Source: Takakia lepidozioides
Lineage: Eukaryota; Plantae; Bryophyta
Length of the DNA stretch: 64,000 bases
Direction of reading: 5' to 3'
Assembly (NCBI GenBank): GCA_030704615.1
Contig: CM060734.1
Span: forward strand, 50,406,001 to 50,470,000
The notes below the pieces were generated by a model. The model was given only the letters and a program-made list of their open reading frames with translations, did not search any database and was not told the origin of the DNA. Each line of letters starts with the position of its first letter. The first letter of the stretch is position 1. This document shows, piece by piece, positions 54,704 through 64,000 of the stretch. Both the position numbers and the translations under genes were made by a program.

Positions 54704-56790
54704 GTGGAGGAGGTGCACATTGTGAATGTCATCACGGAGTTACCCAAGGGTTTTGAGGGGAGTACGGCTACAGGCAGTAACAGTGAGAGTGGGTTCACAA
54801 GACGAGGTATTCGGTTCAGACCACCTTCACCGCCACCCTCAACTACTGTAGAGTCAGACATAGACTCGGAGGCTTCATCAACAGGTGTGCAGTTTCATTC
54901 GCCATTGTTGTGGGACGACATGGAGGAGATGTATGGAGCTACCAAGGGGCTTCGTAGGTACTCTAGAGCTGTGGGCACAATCGAGTTGGATGACTTTATC
55001 CAGGAGTTTGATAGCTGGTGTGATTTGCAGCGGATGCGCAATCCACAGCTATTCACCCCATTCATGGCGTGGAAGGGACTGTTCCAGCATTTGGAAGGCC
55101 CGCCTATGGACGATTACCACGAGTTCAGGCGAGGACATGAAGCAGAAATTGAGGAGTGGAGGATGTATTGGTCACCTGACTACGTCTCCATTACTCGAGG
55201 CATGACGCGACCAGTAGCTGCATCAGTACCAATATCTCCCACTGCCAGCACTAGTAGTGGAGCAAGTAGTGCCGGTACTTCTGCAGGTGGTACCAGTTCA
55301 AAATGTGCTACTACTCCTCCTGCCACAACTACAACACATGTGCCTAGATTCAACCCGGTGGTGGAGTTCTTCCAAGAGTTGCGGAGGAACTACCAAGGTG
55401 TACGGACAGAGAAGCTGCGAAGTTTGCAAGACTTCCAGCGCAAACCCAGTGAGAGCTTGCGAGAGGCCTACACTCGTATGAGGCGCTTGCTAAGTGTGAC
55501 CCAAGGGGTTACTGAAGCTCAAGCAATCCAGTTCTGGTATGGAATTTTGGACAAGGAGCTCAGGAGAAGGGTGCGGGATGCAACCCTATTACAAGCAGCC
55601 CAACCCACATTAGCAGATGTGTTTCTGCTGGCTGAGCGGATTGAGCTCAACATGGTGGAGGAGCGAGTTGTTACCATTGGGTTTGGCAAGGACATGCCTG
55701 CACGAGGCGCAGCTGCCAGCCCACAGGTACAAGGGATTGCCCAACAGCGTGGTCAAGGGGGCAAGGTTTCCCAACCCAAGTTCCATGGAGCTTACAGGGG
55801 ACCTCAGGTGCAGAAGCCCGTGGCATCTTTTGCAGGCCAACAGTAACCAGGGGTGATATGTTGGACATGTGGAGGACCCCATGTCAAGAGAGATTGCCCA
55901 GAGACTGGCAAAAGGCCGGCACAAGCACAACATGCATAGTTGCAGTGTGGGCATTGTGGCAAGTATGGGCATAGAGATGCCCAGTGTTATGACTTGCATC
56001 ATGAGTTGCGCCCAGGCCAGTTCCAAGGGAACAATAGTGGCCGGGGGCGAGGTGGACCAGCCCAGAGAGGACGAGGTGGTCGAGCACGAGGTGCATGCCA
56101 AGGGCAAGCTCAACATGGCCAAGGACGCGGTGGTCAGGGTGTTGACCAAGGCATGGCCAACCGGCTTCAGCAGCTAGAGCAGAGGCTTGCTGCAATGGCT
56201 ATAGCTCAGGCGGTACCGGCTCCCAGGCGGGATGGTCCACCTCCTGCTCCTGAGGGAGGAGATATGGGAGGCATGGGATTCATGTGCGGAGCAGCACTAC
56301 CACTAGTGCAGGTGGAGTCTGCTGCAGCCGTGACTCAAGGAGCAGCACGAGTTCCTGAGCCACGAGGTGCAGAGGTGGAATTGGATCCACAGCGTGGGGA
56401 GGCAAGCTGTCAGGCGAGGCTTCCTCAGTCATTCACATTGGCGGAGACTGTGTCGACGCCATCCATGGCACCTAGTTCTCGCCTGACTGTTACCGAGGCG
56501 GAGGTTACTATGCCATTGGGGAGAGCTACACGTGCAGCACTGACACCTGCTACCAAGGCTAGTGCAGCCGGTGTGTTATTAGGGGCAGCCACCTTTGTGT
56601 GTCAAGCCCCACTGTTCTCGGCAACCATGATTGCGACACCGGGGGTAAGGCCAGCTGTAGTGTTCAGACTAGCAGCAACACTCTGTGAGAGTGGGGAGGT
56701 CACTTCATCTTCTGCGGAGTTACTGGAAGGTGTAGTGGCAGAGGGATCCTCAGATTTGAGGGTCAAGACTGCCATGGCAAGCTGCAGCTG
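54704..56790 (+). CDS. Gag with two zinc knuckles (premature stop at 55844-55846)
   Basis: FQRKPSESLREAYTRM...QFWYGILD.ELRRRV is retrotrans-gag-like. CWTCGGPHVKRDC and CGHCGKYGHRDAQC are followed by an RG-rich tract. Confidence 0.88.
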
Positions 56791-56795
56791 CCAGG

Positions 56796-57270
56796 TTGAC
56801 GGAGCTGCCAGCTAGGCCAGCCTTTGAACGCGCCATGGTGACACCTGGAGTTGTCTTGTTAGACAACCAGGATGGCATTTTCTCTTTGAGTGGACCAGCA
56901 GGCAAGAAGTATCGGCCACTGCGGGTCTTGCTGGACTCGGGAGCTCAGCCACTGATGTTGGGCAGAGCTGCTATTGCAAGTTTGGGCCTCATGGAGGCGG
57001 ATATGGAGCCTTATCCTTTCCAGATACAGACATCTCTGGGAGGATCAGAGCTGGCTCGGGGCATGACACGGCGTGAGTTGGCCATTGGACTACAAGCAGA
57101 TCATCATGTAGATGACTCAGTGATGCGAGCCAAGGCCATTGTGACACACGCGGTCTCTTACGATGTCCTCGTTGGTGGGGCAGTCACCCTGGACTTTTGG
57201 GAGGAGTCAGCATCCTACATGCCTGGATGGCAGTCAGGGGATGGTCATCGTGCACAGCTCCCTGTGACAT
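56796..57270 (+). CDS. Retroviral-like aspartic protease
   Basis: VLLDSGA (DSG at 56934-56942) ... YDVLVG. Confidence 0.88.
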
Positions 57271-57629
57271 TCATTGGGGGTATTGCGGCTGCCCAACGGG
57301 GCAAGATGCCAACACTAGCCGCCTTTACAGCTGCAGTTAGTTGGCCTGGAGAGTTGCTGGAAGGCAATGCCCATGCAGAGGATGTGCCACCTCCAGCAGA
57401 GCAGGATGACATGCATGGTATGGCGGAGTTGCCCGCCATGGTTGCTCACACTCCATTGTGGGGTACGAGCAAGGATTTGCAGCAGGTTGCTGATCGACGG
57501 GTGCAACAAGCCTGGGTAGAGGCTTTTGTACCGTCAGGAGAGGAGGAGAGTGCGGGTATTGCACCAAGACCACCTCAGTTGTCACCATTGGATACCACAC
57601 CTATTGTATGGCAGTATATGGATGAAGGC

Positions 57630-58580
57630 ATTTGCCTTCTGGACTTGTTTGGCGGGATCAGCACCGGATTGGCTGCTGTGCTACAGGCAGGTGTGTGGGT
57701 AAGGCGTTACCTGTATGTGGAGAGGGATGAGACTGCACGACGCGTCTCACTGCGCCATGTGGCTCAGTTGGTTTAAGCAGTACCCTGACTTGTTGCCTGA
57801 GTCTGCAGTTCGTGGATACCAACAAGCCTTGCCAGCAGACATTTCCTTGTTGGGGGCGCAAGATTTGGAGCAGGTTGGCTCCATTGATCTGATAGTGGCA
57901 GGTTGGCCCTGCCAAGGGCATTCATCAGCCGGGCATGACAATGGATTGCGAGACTCGAGGACGGGTCTGTTTTGGGAGATGGTGCGGGTTTTGCGCCACT
58001 TGCAGCTTCATCAAGCTGTATCCCCAGCATACATCTTGGAGAATGTGCCACTGATGGGTGATTCTCGGGCCAGGGTGATGGCCAGTGTGCATCAAGTCCA
58101 GTCGTGGCTTGGGTCAGCAATGCTGCTGGATGCAGCTGCAGTGGGATCACGGGCTCATCGTCCACGGCTTTGGTGGACTAACTTGATGCCACCCGCACTG
58201 CTCAAGCGTGCATTTGATGGGGTGCAGCGGCCAGCACACCTCACCGTGGATGGCATTTTGGACACAGGGATGCAGTCTCAACGTGTGAGACACAATGACC
58301 GTTCGCCTTTGGCAGTGGTCAACAGGGTGGGTCAACCACGAGCAACATTACCTACACTGCTCAGCTTCCCAGGATCCCATGCTTTTCGGGATGGTGGACC
58401 TAACCTCTTGTGGGATAGCCAGTTGCAACAGTTAGTGGAGCCTAATGCCGACGAGCGAGAGCGGGCTATGGGATTTTCCACTGGGACCACGGCGGTGCCT
58501 TCTCTTTCTGAGGCATCACGTCGTCAGGTGTTGGGGCAAGCAATGGATCTCAATTGCTTGACCTGGATTATCAGCTTGGC
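57630..58580 (+). CDS. C5 cytosine DNA methyltransferase catalytic domain (DNMT3/DRM-like) inside pol; 1-nt frameshift at ~57772
   Basis: Motif I LLDLFGGI, II YVERD, III ADI, IV DLIVAGWPCQG (PC at 57907-57912), V GLFWE, VI ILENV (ENV at 58039-58047), VIII AHRPRLWWTN, IX ERERAMGF, X RRQVLGQAM. Confidence 0.93.
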
Positions 58581-58878
58581 TATGGCTGAGCAACGTAGAG
58601 TGCGGAGTGCACTTCCTTTGACGGTCTCTCTGCCTACCGAGACGGTACAGGCAGCGAGTGGGGGCGAGCCGGTGAGGACCACGAGGTGTAGACATCCATG
58701 GCACACGTGGGAGGTGCTCGAGGTTCAGAGGGAGTTGGCAGCCAAGGCAGCTGTGATGGATGAGGTTGGGGATTCTTCTCGGGATGAGGAGGTTCTCAAT
58801 GATGAGATGATGGGGCAGGATGAGGCCTTGTCATTGACTGAGCAGGAAGGGAGTACTGCTCAAGAGGTTGCAGCATAG

Positions 58879-61800
58879 CAACCACGTGACGCGTTCTCTA
58901 CCTCTAAGCCCACTGGACTTAAGGTTGCAGTTACGGAGGACAATTGGGAGCCTGACATTGGACCCATTGTCACCGGAGGAGAGAGACGACGTATACGGCG
59001 GTTCCTGAGGGCTTACAGGAATTGCTTTGCCTTCAGTTTGAAGGACTTGGGAGCACTGAAGGGTCAAGAGATCCGTATTGAGTTGGCCACTGACACGCCA
59101 ATCTTTCGGAGACCCTATAGATACAGTGACATGGAGAGGTCTTTGATTCAGATGAGGACTCAAGATCTCTGGGAGGCAGGTTTGGTGGAGCTCTCTGGTG
59201 GAGAGTATGCTTCAGCCACAGTGATGCCAGCCAAGAAGGATGTCTATGGCAATTGGACGGAGAGACGTATGTGCGGTGATTACCGGCCTGTAAATCGTCA
59301 GACCAAGTCCGATAGGTATGCCATGCCGACACCAGAGGAGATCTTTGATGCCATTGGGCATTCCAAGGTCTTTAGCACGTTGGATTTACGATCCGGATAT
59401 CACCAGTTGCCGATCAAGGAGGCGGATAAGCAAAAGACGGCATTCTGGGGGATCAATGAGCACGGGAAGGATTGTCTATACCAGTGGCGGTTCTTACCAT
59501 TTGGGCTTAAAAACGCTCCCGCTGAGTTTCAAAGAGTCATGGACAGGATTCTAGCAGGGGTGGAGTTTGCTCGGTGCTACATAGATGACATCATCATCTT
59601 TAGTGCTACGGTAGAGGAGCATGAGAGACACCTTCAGGGGGTATTTGAGCGCTTAAGGACGCACGGATTGAAGTTACATCCGGGCAAGTGCAAGTTTTTC
59701 CACAACCAGATTGAGTATCTGGGTCACATGATATATCCTGGAGGATTGGGGGTACAGCAGACTAAGGTAGAGACCATTGCACAGGTTCCACGCCCCACGG
59801 ATGTGAGCCGAGTTCGAGCTTTTATGGGGTTAACAAACTATTACAGACGGTTTGTTAAGGGATTTAGTGCCATTGCAAAGGCTCTAACCAAGCTGACCAA
59901 GGTGGACCAGGAGTGGCAGTGGGAAGATGAGCAAGAACAAGCTTTTCAAGAGCTCAAGGCGAGGTTGACCTCGGCGCCCATCTTGAGACGACCTATCAGG
60001 GGGCGTCCTTTTCAGCTGCATACAGATTGGAGCATGCTGGGGCTTGGAGCGGTGCTCACACAGGTGGATGATGAGGGAAGAGAGTTCGTAGTGGCTTATG
60101 CTAGCCGCTCGAACAATGCTACAGAGTCTAAGTATAGCTCATATGAGGGAGAATGCTTAGCTGCAGTGTGGGTCGTGGCACACTTCAGGTGCTATCTATA
60201 CGGCAATCTCTTCACCCTTGTCACGGATCACCAACCACTCAAGTGGTTGATGGAGTCAGACAAGCTTACGGGGAAGCTTGCACGGTGGGCACTCATCCTT
60301 CAAGAGTATGACTTTCAGGTGGTGCATCGACCGGGTTTGGTCAATCGCAATGTAGATGGGTTGAGTCACAATCCATGCACGAGCCAGCAGGATGACACTG
60401 GAGCTCGGTGGCATGGTGAGACGGACGAGGAGATGGTGCCCGGATGGCATGCATCTGCATTTCTGTGTATCTTGGCAGCGGAAGGCCAGGTTGGACCTGC
60501 AACAGGGATGACTGTAGATCAAGTGTCTGAGGACCCTGAGGCCAGCAATGAGCAAGGTGGTGCCAAAGATATACATGAGGATTCAGTTGTGTTGGACTGC
60601 CTCAGCACTGGAGACACTGCAGCCACTGTGACTGCCAAGGAGAGGGATTGGATCCTACAACGAGCCAAGAGGTTCAAGTGGGAGAGGACACACCTGCTCC
60701 GAGTGTGGGAGGATGGTCGAGTGAGGATTGTGCCTCACCCAACACAGCGGGCACAGTTAGTGCGGCATGCCCACGAGGAGTTGGGGCATTTTGGGGTGCG
60801 ACGCACCCATAGCCTACTGCAGGGGCAGTATTGGTGGCGTGGTATGCACACAGAGGTGCAACAATTTGTGGCTAGGTGCATGGTGTGTGACAGGGTGCGT
60901 GCATCATTCAACGCCCCTACTCCACAATTGCACCCTCTTCCGATCATGGGATTGGGCTATATGTGGAGTCTTGACTTCGCAGGGCCGTTGCCACTGACCA
61001 TGCGTCACAACAAGTACGTGTTGGTGATGGTGGAGCACTTCTCCAAATGGATTGAGTTGGTTCCATTGTCTGATAAGGCTAGTGAGGGAGCTGCGTATGC
61101 ATTCTTGGATTGTGTGCTTAGCCGATTCGGTGCTCCAGCTGAGGTACTCACGGACCAAGGGAGAGAGTTCTTGGGGGAGTTTCAGGTTTTGTGTGACAAG
61201 GCCTTGATAGACCACCGCACCACTTCTCGGGATCATCCTGAGGCCGATGGCTTGGCAGAGAGAGTTGTTCAGACAGTAAAGAGGGGTTTGCGCAAGTATG
61301 GCTTGCAGAAGGGACACCTAGGAGATTGGGACCTTCAGTTACCCTGGTTAGCCATGGGCTACAGGTTCAGCAAGCAAGCATCACTTGCCTCCTTCTCACC
61401 ATACTTTCTTCTCTTTGGCCGAGAGCCGGATTTGCCTACATCCATTCGCAGAGAAGCTGCTACAGTTCTTAATCTTGACGATCCGGACGTGTGAGCACGT
61501 GCATGTGAGCAGCGTGCAGAGTTGTTCAAGAAAGTCATGCCCATGGCTTTCGAGAACTTTGCCATTGCACAACACCGTGATACGTTGAGGTATACTACCA
61601 TACGTGGTGGGGGCTATCGTCCTGGGGTTCGGAGATTCAACCCTGGTGACTATGTCTATCTGCAGCAGACTGCTCCTACGACCTTGGATGTGACTGCAGG
61701 ACGTGTTATTTTGAGGGTTCGAGAGGTCTTGCCCTCAGGCGTCTTGGTCTTGGAGGGTCGGGATGGTATAACTTGGAAGGACCATGTGCGTAATTGTGTG

Positions 61801-62013
61801 CCATGTCACCTTCCGAATGTCGATGGCAGGATTGACCCAAACCTGGCAGTGGTATCTGCAAGTTTGAGGTGCATGTTGTGTGGGTCTGCTAAAGGGGCAG
61901 CCACCATGCTGGTGTGTGATCGATGCTCTAGAGGTTGGCATATGGGATGCTTGACTCCACCTCTTGAGATGGTTCCGGATGGGGATTGGTTATGTCCACA
62001 ATGCATTGGATAG
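58879..62013 (+). CDS. RT - RNase H - integrase - PHD finger (premature stop at 61492-61494)
   Basis: RT: LDLRSGYHQ, LPFGLKNAPAEFQR, YIDD (59578-59589). RNase H: LHTDWS...ECLA...TDH. Integrase: H..GH...CMVC, SLDF, TDQG, GLAER. C4HC3 PHD finger at 61870-62004. Confidence 0.95.
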
Positions 62014-62389
62014 TGGGAGTGGATACAACCATGGAAGGCTAACAAGCAACGCAAGGCCCAGCTACATGAGACCTTGAATACACGAGGTCCTGGCTCAAGT
62101 TCACAGATTGCAAGACGGCGACTAACGATGGGGCTACTCTTGTACCCGGCCTCTTGGTCAATAGAGTTTGAGTACAATAAGGATAGTGATAGAGGACTTA
62201 GTACGGCTGTGGCTATTACATCTTGTAGCTATCTGGAGTTAGAGGGACCTATCCACCAGCTAGGGGGACAATTGTGGCAGACTACTTTATTGTGCATATA
62301 TGTGTGGTGTGGTTTGGACAGCGATGTAGTTGTGTAGCAATACGTATGCGCACGACAACATGGATGAATGGAGGAGGGATGCGCTCCGG

Positions 62390-62712
62390 ATGATTTAAGG
62401 GATCATAGGTAATCTTGAGCTTGAAATCCGGCCCTCTTGGATGAATCTGGACCCAAACTCTATCCCTGCTCCTTCAGCTATCCATGCCTCTGCACAGATC
62501 ATGTATACATCCTTGATAATAGCAGCTAACAATGACTGCCTAGATTTCTTCTAGCAAACACCCCAACTTATCACACTAGTTCCTATGCTGACTTGCGCTT
62601 CCAACAGGCATTCACCTTTTTGCCTCGATTGTTCCACCCTTGACTGCGGTCGGAAACGTGTTCATTCCAGAGCTTCTGCTCGTCTCTGTTATCTGTTTTT
62701 TGATACTTTCCT
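62390..62712 (-). pseudogene. PDF-motif exon pair, inverted copy
   Basis: KLWNEHVSDRSQGWNNRGKK | intron | IHPRGPDFKLKITYD. Introns are homologous to those at 50230-50600 and 62960-63290. Confidence 0.8.
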
Positions 62713-63005
62713 GTTGCCACATGGGCAGTAACAAATCAAAATCACTCCAAAACCACCATGGTTCCACCAAAGAGCTAACTTGTAGAGTTCAACATGAAAA
62801 TTTAGGGACGACTCTGATAACAGGGAAAAACAGGCTGAAATGTGTTGAAGAAGGTGCCTTCATTAGCAATGCTTTGTTCTATCAATTGTGCTGCTGCCGA
62901 TGCTGTTTCCAGTTGACCATCTACCCACACTGCAAGTTAGCTGGTTGAGTGAATCTACGATAGTTTGGAGTGACTTTGCCATGATATTGCCCAATGTGAC
63001 AACAG

Positions 63006-63885
63006 GAAAATATCCAGAAACAGGTAACAGAGACGAGGAGAAGTTGTGGAATGAATATTTTTCTGACCCCAGTCAATGGTGGGATAGCTGAGGCAAAAAG
63101 GTGAATGCCTATTTGATTACAGAGAGTAGCGGATGCTATTCAGCATAGGAACTAGTGTGATAAGCTGAGCTGGGTGTTTCCTAGAACAAATATAGGCTGT
63201 CATTGTCAGCTGCTAGCAGCAAGGCAAAGATGTATGCATGATTTGTGCAGAGGCAGTGATAGTTGAAGGAGCAGGGATAGAGTGTGGGCCTGCATGGGTA
63301 GATGGTCAACTGGAAGTGGCAGCTGCACTGGCACAGTTGATAAAATCAGGCAACTTCTGGAAGAGGATCAAGAGAGGGAGTCCACAATGCCTCTTCTGGC
63401 ACTTCTGGGCATGTGAAGATGCTTTGTGAGGCAGGCAGACTGAAGAGGCTCTACAGACTTTAAACCAAGGAGGCAATTCAGCATATTCAGATACGTATGT
63501 CTGTGTCTTGCATAAGTGCATCAAGATGAAAGGCCTGGAAGTTGGAAAGCAGGTGCACACTCACATTATCCAAAGCGGATTCACGCCAAATGTTTATCTA
63601 CTCAACACCAACATGTACGTTAAGTGCGGGAGCATCATGGATGCTCACCAAGTGTTCAACAGAATGCCTCAACGATCTTTGATCACGTGGTATATAACAT
63701 TGGCAGGATTTACCAAGCATGGGTGTGGTACGAATGCTTTGGAGACCTATGAGCAAATGATGCGCGAAGGGGTGAAGCCCAACCACATCAAATTTGTTTG
63801 TGTTTGCAATGCGTGTGCAAGCCAGGGAGCCTTGTTGGAAAAGGGGAAAGAGGTCCATGGTGACATCGTCAAAGCTGGTAATCCT
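63006..63885 (+). pseudogene. PDF-motif plus PLS-class PPR gene fragment
   Basis: KLWNEYFSDPSQWWDS*GKK | intron | ...PAWVDGQL... then YVCVLHKC...GKQVHTHIIQSG...MYVKCGSIMDAHQVFNRM...W...AGFTKHG...FVCVCNACASQGAL. Contains stops and a deletion. Confidence 0.8.
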
Positions 63886-64000
63886 GCAAAGATTGTTACT
63901 GAGTTGGTCCGGCCCCCAGAAAAAATCTCTGTCAGGGCATACTGGCCATGTGTGGCCCATTTAGACATCAATAAACAAGCATAAAGGGGAGCACAAACAG

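Larger units (their letters stand above)
53030..62360 (+). mobile_element. Ty3/gypsy retrotransposon encoding a DNA cytosine methyltransferase and a PHD finger (boundaries approximate)
   Basis: Domain order gag-PR-(DNMT)-RT-RH-IN. PPT-like AGGGGGACAAT is followed by TGTGGCAG at 62273. No matching 5' LTR was seen. Confidence 0.9.

Noticed and set aside
56770-57780. Programmed ribosomal frameshifts at gag/PR and within the DNMT
   Set aside because: No slippery heptamer is evident. Both shifts are explained by single-base insertions in a copy that also has nonsense mutations.
54462-62433. GGCCGGATTT (54462) / AAATCCGGCC (62424) as terminal inverted repeats of the retroelement
   Set aside because: The right-hand match is the coding sequence of the GPDF motif in the minus-strand PDF exon, and similarity stops after 10 bp.

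Overview
Intron-rich, TE-laden eukaryotic DNA from a land plant, most likely a non-seed plant. That host call is an inference from PLS/DYW PPR genes, RTEX-like LINEs and a cyanobacterial-type plastid protein exon. The core is one ~39-exon gene (11790-40382, +) encoding the plant spastizin/SPG15 (ZFYVE26) homologue, with introns carrying antisense LINE and copia insertions. Left of it (1-11.2 kb) is a recent rearranged partial duplicate of that gene (1.1-kb inversion plus 13.4-kb deletion), followed by orphan CYP97C 3' exons. Right of it (40.6-53 kb) is a patchwork of duplicated segments and gene fragments: GH31, DYW-PPR, OSB-type PDF-motif exons and a plastid-protein first exon. The standout is a Ty3/gypsy retrotransposon (~53.0-62.4 kb). 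Its lightly decayed polyprotein reads Gag-protease-C5 DNA METHYLTRANSFERASE-RT-RNase H-integrase-PHD finger, so it carries its own DNA-methylation writer and a predicted histone reader. There is also an extra unknown ORF upstream of gag. A second notable item is a gene architecture that fuses an OSB-type PDF motif to PLS-class PPR repeats.
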